NCBI GenBank assembly: GCA_030390025.1
Contig: CM059435.1
Location: 84,382,001-84,446,000, forward strand
Length of the DNA: 64,000 bases
Origin: Squalus acanthias
Taxonomy: Eukaryota
Direction: 5' to 3'
Shown here: in pieces, positions 25,068 through 35,947 of the stretch
How the letters are laid out: every line of letters starts with the position of its first letter
Numbering within the stretch: the first letter of the stretch is position 1
Notes under the pieces: model-generated
Database searches by the model: none
Told to the model about the DNA's origin: nothing
What the model saw: the letters and a program-made list of their open reading frames with translations, nothing else
Translations under genes and position numbers: made by a program

Positions 25068-25650
25068 AGAATCACAGAATGATACAGCACAGAAGGAGGC
25101 CATTCAACCCATTTGAAAGAGCTATGCAGTTAATTCCACTCCCCTGCTCTTGCCCCACAGCCCTGCAAATGTTTCCCCTTCAAGTATTTGTCCAATTCCC
25201 ATTTGAAAGTTATTATTTAACTGCTTCCACACCCTTTCAGGCAGTGCATTCCAGATCATAACTTGCTGTATAATTTCTTTTTCCTCATGTCGCCTCTGGT
25301 TCTTTTGCTAATTACCTTAAATCTGTGTACTCTGGTTACCGACCCTTCAACACCAGAAACAGTTTCTCCTTATTTACTCTACCAAAACCCTTCATAATTT
25401 TGAACACCACTAACAAATCTCCCCTTAACCTTCTCTGCTCTAAAGAGAACAACCCCAGCTTCTCTAGTCTCTCCACATAACCTTCATCCCTGGTACCATT
25501 CCAAGCAGTAATTTATAACGGTTTAGCTTAACTTTCTTGTTTTTGTACGTTATGCCTCTATTTAAAAGCCAAGGATCCCATATGCCAATTTAACAGCCTG
25601 CTCAACTTGTCCTGCTACCTTCAAAGATTTGTGTACCTTCACCCCCAGTG
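25068..25650 (-). mobile_element. CR1 LINE 3' fragment
   Basis: CR1 3' tail and C-terminal coding remnant; similar to the element at 89-260. Confidence 0.75.
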
Positions 25651-26132
25651 GCACCCACTGTACTGCGCCTGTCTTGTAATGCGGATTTGTGTTTTATATT
25701 AGACAGTTGCTACGTGATTTGCTGGAAACATTTTTTTAAATGGGGTGTCCAAGCTGCGGCCCATGGACGACATGCAGTCCCCGAGCCCTGGCAATGCAGC
25801 CCTGGAAGCCCAAGCAACTAGGTCCTAATGTGCTTTTATTTCTTATTCACTAGTTTGACCCGTTTGAATTTTGGAGGTCTGGGAGTTCCTGGCACTGTTG
25901 CCTCATTGGTGGATAAATCTTCAATAAGAACACCTGAGATATGTGCAAATTAATGGGAACGTGAATTTAAACTTTGAGTCTGAAATTGCTTGCCATTTCA
26001 ACAGACTTTGCTGTAACTCTGACAGCAGCTTAGCAAAATAGCCACAAAATCTATCGGGACCTGAAAACGCCAGATCCAGAATAATGTTGGCGTTTCCACT
26101 GGTGTTGTTTGGAGTGGAGCCTCCGCCAGCCC

Positions 26133-26630
26133 AAACAAGGACACTGACTCCGCCCCAAACAAAGACACTGACTCCGCCCCAAACAATAAACACTGGCTCC
26201 GCCCCAAACAAGGACACTGACTCCGCCCAAACAAGGACACTGACTCCGCCCCAAACAAGGACACTGACTCCGCCCAAACAAGGACACTGACTCCGCCCCA
26301 AACAAGGACACTGACTCCGCCCCAAACAATAAACACTGACTCCGCCCCAAACAATAACACTGACTCCGCCCAAACAAGGACACTGACTCCGCCCCAAACA
26401 AGGACACTGACTCCGCCCCAAACAATAAACACTGACTCCGCCCCAAACAATAACACTGACTCCGCCCAAACAAGGACACTGACTCCGCCCCAAACAAGGA
26501 CACTGACTCCGCCCCAAACAAGGACACTGACTCCGCCCCAAACAATAAACACTGACTCCGCCCCAAACAATAACACTGACTCCGCCCAAACAAGGACACT
26601 GACTCCGCCCCAAACAAGGACACTGACTCC
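26133..26630 (+). repeat. 23-25-bp minisatellite (~21 units) with higher-order structure
   Basis: Units aaacaaggacactgactccgcccc (A), aaacaataaacactgactccgcccc (B), aaacaataacactgactccgccc (C), arranged A(2-3)-B-C three times. Confidence 0.95.
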
Positions 26631-27974
26631 TGACTCTGAGGCAAGAGTGCTATTTCTATGCCAAGCTAACACGAAGCTTTGCTTGTAGTACTCTGGTGAA
26701 TAGTGGGGTAGGCAACTGTCTTTGTGGCTAAGGTAGAGTGGGATATCCAACCCCAGTTTGGGACATGACTATCGTGAAATTAAGATGTCTATAAAATATA
26801 AAGCTACTCTTGCTATTGACATTTTCAGCTGCAAGTGCATATAGGAGCATCACAGGGTCCTGGCCGTGCTTAAAAATATATGCTTAAATTGAGAATGTAC
26901 TAATTAAGCTCCCTCGTATAACCATCGTTACTGGCACAAGATTCACAAATCCCTCTACTTTATAACTGATTCAAACCTACATTGATGTATCAATGTCTAA
27001 CACTACTAAAGTCCTTCCTACTTTTTTGTCACTGCTGGCAGTCTTGCTGTCTCCCCCTGCTGCTCTGCTGTTGGGAATAGCAGCTTTGTAATCTGCCTCC
27101 TGAATTCAATCTTCCTGGTTTGGAGTTGGGGGAATGTGGTCTTTTTTAAAGTGAGGGTTAAGTTTGATCCGAAGTTCTGGCTGAGGGTTCAGCTTGGGGT
27201 TTGGGTTTGGCTGAAATTATTTCAGAAAGCAACTTTACTTTGTTGGAAGGAAGTGTTTATTTTGAGGCAAGGTGCTCTGTACTAGATGGATTTGCCATGG
27301 AGAATGGAATCTGTTACGGGGACCAATATGTTTAAGATATTGGCCTTACTGCTACCCTCCAAACTTTATTGATCATGCTGTTGCTGCTATCTAGGTCAAA
27401 GGTTGAAGGATGGAGTCCAAGTTTTGAATGGGGTCAACCATTACAGGAGCAGGGCCAAAGGTACTGAAAGAAATCAAATTCCACTTTGAACACTGGTTCC
27501 ACAGTTGAATAACAAAGCAAAGGTGGGCCTGCAACCAGGTGGTAGGAAAAAGGCCTAGGAAGTAGAGCAAGAAGAGCTGAGAGAGGAGGGAGCAGAGTAA
27601 TTGGAGTTGAGAGAGTGGGGATGTGATGAATGGGTGCAGGAGAGTGGAAACCAAATTGAGTGGAGCAAGATTAGGTACTGCTGGAAAAAAAGTTATAGTA
27701 TCATTGGTGGCAGACCCAAGGGAATCTATAAACTGAAAGCCACTGATTTCCTCTGTTTGCACGGCCTGCTGTAACCAGCATTTGTTCAGAGCCCTGTCAA
27801 ACATGAAACAATCAAATTAATCATGTGTTTAACAACAAACAATACAATCGCTACAAAATGAAACTAACAACAGTCATGTGATTACTATTGCCCTATAAAA
27901 GTGCCACTAACGTTTGAAAAGTTGCATGATCACCACTGACCAATGCAATTCCTAGAAAATGGCACTGATAGTTT

Positions 27975-28300
27975 TTCAATTTGTTCTCTGGCTGTGGGTG
28001 ACACTGGGAAAGCTGCATCTATTACTTATCTTTAGTTGCCCTGAGAAGGTGTTGGGCGTTCTGTTACAGTGATTGTTTTTATAACTGAGTGGCTTGCTAT
28101 GGTAGTCAATCACATAATGTGGGACTGACACCATTAGTGAATCAGTGGGTTTTAACAATAAAGTTTTTGTGGTAATTTTTCTCGTGCCAGCCAGGAAATT
28201 ACCAGATTTATTGAATTCAGTTTCACAACTTGACAAAGTGAGATTTGAACTCACAACTGCTGGTTTGTCTTGTCCAGTACCATAATCACTACACTACTGA
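27975..28300 (-). mobile_element. Old tRNA-derived SINE related to the ends of the LINE at 35948-38870
   Basis: Shares head (gatttgaactc...ccagtaccataatcactacact), middle (aactgagtggcttgct) and tail (ttgccctgagaaggtg) with that LINE. Confidence 0.6.
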
Positions 28301-28734
28301 GCCCCTATCATTATCATAGGCCAATGAAATTGCTCAGAAGATCCCAATTTGTTTTATTATTATAGATTGATGTAGCAAACTCTCAGAACATTATAACTGG
28401 TTCATGACATTTATGTGGTCACTGGCAAAAAAATACACAAACCATGAAGGAAATACAGGACTAAATCTAGGCATACAATAAACAACTGATCAGCAACTGA
28501 GAATGCTGCCTTCAGGTCTTGCACACAATTTCACGATACTGTATAAAACAATGATAACTTTTGAGTTTGTGAACTATTATAAAGGAAGACTAAGATGAAA
28601 AAAACATGAAGATTATCTTTAATCAATGACCTTTAAAATTATGTGTCCATGCTTTTTGGTTTCAGAAATAAAAGGGACTTCCCTCAAGGTCAGAGTATCC
28701 AGTTTATCAACAGAATTAAATAAAGTTTCATCGA

Positions 28735-29050
28735 CGGGTCTTCTGATGGCTCAATAGGTAAATGCGCAGGAAGGTTGCAGGTTAGACTCCTGGCCTGTGC
28801 TGAGTTAGCTGATCAGTAGGGGCACCTATTATTGGGATCAGGAGAAAAAATAGCCAGGGTTTCTGTAAATGATCAATATCCAGCTATTCCTGCTGGAAAG
28901 TTGATACCAGGTAAGAATATCAGAATTGGCTGCAATACCCCTTGCTGTCAAATAACTTTGCAACACTCATTGTCCAGAATGGTTACAGATGACTGCTGGC
29001 AAGAAAGAAACTGTAGCCCAGCATGAGTTAACCCTTTCAGGAGGGGAAAG
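28735..29050 (+). mobile_element. Degenerate tRNA-derived SINE
   Basis: A-box-like tggctcaataggtaa followed by gcaggttagactcctggcctgtgctgagttagctgatc. Confidence 0.45.
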
Positions 29051-29804
29051 GAGGATTCATCTTTATCATTACTGCATCATTTTCTCATGGGTAGGAGATC
29101 ACGTGCTCAGATCGCCAAGATTAGGTGCCTACCATGACTAGGGATGCAGAGTGGCAAGCTGTTATTGCTAAAGCTCTACACCTCCAAATGGTTGAAGCAT
29201 TGTTCAATGGAATAAGGTGTGCGTCCATAGAGTGGTCTGAAGAATGGTGCCAATGCACTCATGGTTAGTTGTGCTGCTCACCATATCGGTTGGGAGGCAT
29301 TTCTGGTATTTGCTCTTTGCTTAGTGAGGGCTCAGATCTGCATTTGTCAGTTGGCTAATGACCAAGTAGTGACCATTCTCACTATTTAAGAATAGTAGTG
29401 AGAACAGTCACTTCTTCGTCAAGTTGACTAAAATGACATGGCTGTCGATGGAAGATCGGAAAATTTTCCCTTTTCTTTGAGGCTCTTCTGCCCCTTTAAA
29501 CCTCGGCTGACGTTTCTGCTGCTGGTATTTTCTATCGTCGGTAATGGCAGGCCTCCTCTTATGGTGAGGATTCTTCCTGGAGCCCATCCAGCATGTTCAA
29601 TAACCCCCAACCTAGGGAAATAAATCAGGCTGCAGTGGTGTCAGTGTGGCAGGTGGAAGTCCCACTCTGCTGTGATACCACAGTGAAGAGGGAAATCCAG
29701 CCCCTTGTTCAGAACCAGGGAGAAATATTTGATAAGAGGGGTATGACAGGTTTTGAGGGATAGGATACTTGCTAGATACTGGGACTGGCCAGATGGACAT
29801 CTCT

Positions 29805-31530
29805 AAATACATACTTTGGTTCTGTCTTCACAAAGGAGGACACAAATAACCTCCCAGAGATGTCGGGGAACATAGGGTCTAATGAGAGGGAGGAATTGAA
29901 TGAAATCAGTATTTGTAGGGAAATGGTGTTAGGGAAATTGACGGGATTGAAGGCCGATAAATCCCCAGGGCCTGATAATCTACATCCTAGGGTACTTAAG
30001 GAAGTGGCTCTAGAAATAGTAGATGCATTGCTGGTCATCTTCCAAAATTCTATAGACTCTGGAATAGTTCCCATGGATTGGAGGGTATCTAATGTAACCC
30101 CACTATTTAAAAAAGGTGGTAGAGAGAAAACGGAGAATTATAGACCGGTAAGCCTGACATTGGTAGTGGGGAAAATGCTAGAGTCCATTATAAAAGATGT
30201 AATAGCAGAGCACTTGGAAAACAGTGACAGGATCGGACAAAGTCAACATGGATTTACAAAAGGTAAATCGTGCTTGACTAATCTACTGGAATTTTTTGAG
30301 GATGTAACTGGTAGGATAGATAAGGGAGAACCAGTGGATGTGGTGTATTTGGACTTTCAGAAGGCTTTCGATAAGGTCCCGCATAAGAGATTAGCGTGCA
30401 AAGTTAAAGCACATGGGATTGGGGGTAAGGTACTGACTTGGATAGAGAACTGGTTGGCAGACAGGAAGCAAAGAGTTGGAATAAACGGGTCTTTTTCTGA
30501 GTGGCAGGCAGTGGGGTACCGCAGGAATCGGTGCTAGGACCCCAGCTATTCACAATATATATTAATGATCTAGACGAGGGAACTAGATGTAATATCTCCA
30601 AGTTTGCAGACGACACAAAGCTGGGTGGGCGTGTGTGCTGTGAGGAGGATGCAGAGAAACTCCAGTATGATTTAGACAGGTTGGGTGATTGGGCAGATGC
30701 ATGGCAGATGCAGTATAATGTGGATAAATGCGAGGTTATCCACTTTGGTGGCAAAAACAGGAAGACAGATTATTATCTGAACGGCAATAGATTGGGAAAA
30801 GGGGAAGTGCAACGAGACCTGGGTGTCCTTGTGCACCAGTCGCTGAAGGTAAGCATGCAGGTGCAGCAGGCGGTTAAGAAGGCAAATGGTATGTTGGCCT
30901 TCATAGCGAGAGGATTCGAGTACAGGAGCAAGGATGTCTTGCTGCAGTTGTACAGGGCCTTGGTGAGACCACACCTTGAGTATTGTGTGCAGTTTTGGTC
31001 GCCTTATCTGAGGAAGGATGTTATTGCCATGGAGGGAGTGCAGCGAAGATTCACCAGACTGATACCTGGGATGGCAGGAATGACGTATGAAGAGAGATTG
31101 GGTCGATTAGGCTTATATTCGCTAGAGTTTCGAAGAATGAGAGGGGATCTCATTGAAACTTATAAAATTCTAACAGGACTAGACAGACTAGATGCAGGAA
31201 GGATGTTCCCGATGGTCGGGGAGTCCAGAACCAGGGGTCACAGTCTAAGGATAAGGGGTAAGCCATTTAGGACTGAGATGAGGAGGAATTTCTTCACCTA
31301 GAGAGTGGTGAACCTGTGGAATTCTCTACCACAGAACGCAGTTGAGGCCAACTCATTAAATATATTCAAAAAGGAGTTAGATATATTTCTTAAGGCTAAA
31401 GGGATCAAGGGATATGGGGAGAAAGCAGGGACAGGGTACTGAATTTGGATGATCAGCCATGATCTCATTAAATGGCGGAGCAGGCTCGAGGGGCCGAATG
31501 GCCTACTCCTGCTCCTATCTTCTATGTTTC
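29805..31530 (+). mobile_element. 5'-truncated, relatively young CR1 LINE (RT + 3' tail)
   Basis: ORFs 29860-30537 and 30501-31301 (KSPGPD, NYRPVSL, YLDFQKAFD, FADDTK, LEYCVQFWSP) with one frameshift near 30510; tail gggccgaatggcctactcctgctcct. Confidence 0.95.
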
Positions 31531-31682
31531 AATGGTCTTTTCCAGTCCTGTACATTACTATGTTTCTATGTAATGCTGGGTCTGCCATTGTACCATTGTT
31601 TAAGATGGGAAGACAGCAGAAATGATCTCATCACAGCATGTTCATACGGTGTGGATGTAGTCATTGTCTTTACTGCTCCTGT

Positions 31683-31808
31683 TCAGTTTTTAGCAAATGT
31701 TTTCCTGCTCTTGCCCATCTTCATTTTCTGGGCTTCTTGTTGCGTCTGCTGTCTCTCTGTTTGCTTCGTGATTTGATTTTTTCCATCAGGCTTACTCTTG
31801 AGCAGTTG
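31683..31808 (-). CDS. Candidate terminal exon of the VWA/DUF4537-like gene
   Basis: Acceptor tactttcctcag| then phase-0 frame QLLKSKPDGKNQITKQTERQQ...KTFAKN*; phase-compatible with the 42244 donor but no recognisable homology. Confidence 0.35.
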   Translation of the reverse strand, partial: QLLKSKPDGKNQITKQTERQQTQQEAQKMKMGKSRKTFAKN

Positions 31809-33044
31809 CTGAGGAAAGTATATACAAGAAGTTAGCGTTTCAAATAGTAACAAAAGATTAGTCATTTCCTGGAACAAAATAACCAAAAATCTAAAGGACA
31901 CAAGTACAAGATTCACAACCCTCCATCAAGGTCAGAGATTAGAAAAACTCCCCACCACCCCCTCCCCGCCCTCCGTCTCAAGAATAGTGAACTTGTGGAG
32001 CAAACTCTAAGAAAATATAGTGGATTTGGGGATCAATTGGCACATTTAAACAGAAGTCCATGATACAATAATCATGCACAGGCTCTGGATGGAGTGGGCT
32101 TGATGGGCTAAATGGCCTTTTCTTGGTCTGGTTTATCTTATAGGGTGGATTTTCCTGTCTTTTCCTGCTCCAGTGCTAGGAGCAGCGCAACACAGGATTG
32201 CTGGGACTCTCTGCCCAGGCCAACAACATGGCCTATGGGGCACCCTGCACAGACCCACCCCTGAGCAGGGCCTATATGGGAAAAAGGTGAAGGAGAGCAA
32301 GGCACAGTACCTTGGGCCTCAGGACCATCACAATATAGCACTACCATTGGCAATTCACTCAAAGGCCGGAATTTTCTGGGGTCCGTGCGGATGCGATCGG
32401 AGGCAGGTTGGGTGGGAAATTTGCAATATCTTGGAGCGGGTCGGAAACCTGCCATCATCCTGCCCCCCACGTGCCTTTCCCTCAGGCGCGTTTGCCAGCG
32501 CGGCAGCATCCCAAACGGTAGAGGCGGGCGAGCTAATTTAAATCATTATCAGGTAGTTGTCAGACACTTAAGAGTCTTTTTAAACCTACCTTTCAAATTT
32601 CCCTGGATCACCACGGGAATCACGCAGCTCGGGAACCACGTCTGTCAACCTGAGACAGAAGTTGAGTGGCCATTGGTCCAGCTGATTAGTGCACAGCATG
32701 GAAAGTACAATAAAAACTCCCACCTCACAGCTGATCACTTTCCTCAGGCAGTGTTGCTGACTGCACTGCCAGTACAGATTTAGCTTTCTAGCGGCTGCAG
32801 GTGTTTCCAGCAAAGTCGGCATCCATTGTCACCTCATTGTTAGAACATATCACATCATTGACAGATTGCTTCTGTCAGCTCTACTTGACCTGCCATCTAT
32901 TCCATCAGCATGGGTGCCATTTATACTGTCTCACCTTAGTCCTCAGAATCGGAGAACGATGAGCCCCAACACCAGCAGCACCAACCTTCTCCTCAACCAC
33001 CTGATGCTGCACAGCACAGAGGCCATCAGCACAGGGCTGCACTG

Positions 33045-33810
33045 CGCCGGAGGCGATACCCCGAACACAGGGTATATAGGCAGAGGATGAGCTTCTTCAA
33101 CATGACTGAGCAGCAGTGCCAAAGGAGGCTCAGGCTATCGCTCCAGGTCGTCGCAGACATTTGCACATTGCTGGAGCAAGACCTGCAGCCCAGAGGAGTG
33201 GGTGGACACACCTTATCAGTGGCTGTCAAAGTCACCAGTGTCCTCAACTTCTTCGCCTCAGGCTCTTTCCAGGGATCTGCAGCAGACATTTGCGGCATCT
33301 CGCAGTCGGTCACCCAAAGATGTATTACACAGATCACCGATGCCCTGTTTGACAAGTCAGCCAATTATACCAACTTTGTTACTTATGAAGCCAATGTTAC
33401 TGAGCGGGCGCTCGGCTTTGCCGCTCTGGCTGGCTTCCCACGGGTGCAGGGCGTCATCGACTGCACACATATGGCCATCAGGGCACCCCATCATAACCCA
33501 GGAGTCTTTGTCAACCACAAGGGCTTCCACTCCCTCAATGTGCAGCTCGTCTGCAACCATAGGAAGCTCATCATGCATGTGTGCGCCAAATTCCTTGGCA
33601 TCTGCCATGACTCTTTCGCCCTGCGCTTGTCCACCCTCCCTCAGCTCTTCGCTACTCTAAACAGACTTTCCGGCTGGCTGCTTGGAGACAAGGGCTATCC
33701 ACTGAAGATGTGGCTCATGACACTCTTGAGGAGGCCAAGTCCCACCAGCACCCAAGCACATTGCTGCCCAGGATGCCAGGGATGGGCTCATCATGGCCAG
33801 ATTTACTTAA
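33045..33810 (+). pseudogene. Harbinger (HARBI1-like) DDE transposase, internally deleted
   Basis: [42 protein letters not shown]; after ...LRRP (~33737) it jumps to a C-terminal ...[11 protein letters not shown], so the segment with the catalytic E appears missing. Confidence 0.88.
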
Positions 33811-34781
33811 CTTTATACAGTACACCCATATGGCTGCCACATGCTGTGCCAGGTTGGCACCACTCCACAGCAACACCATAAAACATCCCTACAATGACCA
33901 AGCCATTCCTTTCACACTGACCACCATTGCTGGAGGTAACATCATGTCTCACCATTCACTCCAACTCACTAAGCCACTTCCAAAGGTGCACACAAATTTG
34001 TCCAAGACCGGAAAATGGTGAAAATAATTTTTTTTATGTGTGACATCAAACTAATGGAAACTTTACAGAAACATTGAATAAAACACCCAAGTGGCTACCC
34101 TTGTGAATCTACTTGAGTGTCATCTTTCTCTTACACGTGCTTCTACGAGGTGCTACCCCTCTGGCTTCAGCAGAGGTAGAGGCAGCCTGCTCACTTCACT
34201 GCTGCGACTGCTTAGATACTCTTGGCGGACGTCCTCTGGGTTTTGGTGCCTGTGATGGCCCCACCAAAGTCTGCTCCTCCTGTGACTTTGCAGGGGCAGA
34301 CTCGGCCATCGCTGTCCGAAGAGGCATGGGGGAGAAGTGTGAGCGCTTTGAGAGGAGCCCCCACTTGCATGTGCCCTCTCACCATCATCCCTCTCATGGG
34401 CCACCCGCACTTCCCTGCTAGCAAGAAGCTGGAGAGCATCTTGCTGCACATCAGTGGGGCCATGAGGATCCATGTCTACGCTGACATCCCTCCTAGAGAG
34501 GAGCTCTATGAGCCATCGATCCTCCATAGAGACCATGTGCTCCTGTGAGTGGCGCATTAGCTGCTCCATGCAGGTGGCCATCCTATCCATGGAAGAGCCT
34601 ACAGTCGCCATCGCCTGCGACACAGTGATGCTCATTTTGGAGATGGACTCCTCCATTCTCTGCACATTTGCAGACAACACGCTCGCAAAACCAGTCAAAG
34701 CCTCCTGCACTTCTTGCTGCACCTCCAGGAACGCTCTCTTTCTGGATGGTCCCCGAGGCTCAGCGCCTGCATGCACCTGAA

Positions 34782-34843
34782 CAGAGCTGGGAGCAGAGCT
34801 GGGAGCAGAGCTGGGAGCAGAGCTGGGAGCAGAGCTGGGAGCA
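34782..34843. repeat. 12-bp tandem repeat (5x) encoding in-frame SSAP repeats
   Basis: cagagctgggag x5 inside the Myb-protein exon 3. Confidence 0.9.
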
Positions 34844-35947
34844 TCCTGCGCCCTCCGGCAAGGAGTCTCCACTGCTGTCCCTGTCTCCACCATCTGCTCT
34901 TGCTCACTTGTGAGTTGTGAGACACCAAGTGACAACACTACTCTGTCTCGCGTGGGACCCACCAAGGTATGCATATCTGCGCTGGTGCTGGGTGCGCTTA
35001 TGTCTGGTGACGGTGCACCCTCAGAGGCTGGAGGCTCCTCTGAGGAGTCGTCTTCCTCTTCCTCCTGGACAGTGGGTGGGAGGGGGGGGGGCTCTTGATG
35101 GACCTGTGGGAGAGTAAAGAGATGCGTTAGATATGTCGTATGAAGAATGGGTACAGATACCATTATGCACATGATGACCATTCACTGGCTGCTGACATCA
35201 GTCCCCATATGAGTGACTGATGTATGCCATGTAGCTGTATGATATGTAATTCTGTCACCAGGTTGCTGAGATGTCCCCCTCTTTCTGTCTCCCACCTCCA
35301 GTTGCTCGGCGACTCCTGAAACCTCTAAAGCAGCCTCTTCTGCTGATGTTAGGGTCACCAATGATGGCGTTCCATCTCCGGATTTCTCCCTCTCCCTCTT
35401 ATTGTGGGCTCGCTTTTCCTGCAAGGAGGGAAAGAAGAGAAGGTTGAGTGAGAGCAATGGAATGAGTGTAAGCAATAGATGGGTTAGATCTTTAGAGGGA
35501 GATTATGATGGAGTGGGGTGCCAAAGCCAATTGGCCTCCTTGTGTGTTGTTAGTTGGTATGATTTCATTAGGATGAGGGTGAATGTGAGGGGTGGCTAGT
35601 CAGATGGGGATGTGAGTATGTAGATAGAGAGAGAGGGATGGGTGGAGGTGCAAGGTATGTTGTGTGAGTAAGGATGTGCAGCAGCAGGGTTGGGAAGGCA
35701 GAGTGATGGGGATGTGATGAGAGTCACAGCAGGATGAAGTTGAGTGTGGCTTTCTACTCACCTTTCCTGATCTAATGAGATAATTGAAACATTTCTGGCA
35801 TTGCACCCACATCCTCCTCACAACAACCCTGCTGATGACCTCCTCTGCTATTTGGAGCCAGACTCGTTTTGCCTCATGTGGAGGTCTCTTCCGCCCATTC
35901 GAAGGGAAGAGGACCTCCCTGCGTGCTCGAACTCCCTCCACAAGCAT

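Noticed and set aside
26133-26630. CRISPR-like array, or long ORFs 25921-26750
   Set aside because: Units are contiguous with no unique spacers, there are no cas genes and the context is eukaryotic; the ORFs arise from a stop-free repeat.
29860-31301. Active reverse transcriptase gene
   Set aside because: 5'-truncated, with a frameshift near 30510 and a premature stop at 31299-31301.
21500-31600. NDUFB2 downstream of ADCK2 as in human
   Set aside because: No NDUFB2-like exons were recognised anywhere in the window; it may lie beyond it.
33087-33881. Domesticated host gene HARBI1
   Set aside because: It lies within TIRs and a TSD beside a Myb partner and lacks the catalytic-E segment, so it is a defective transposon copy.
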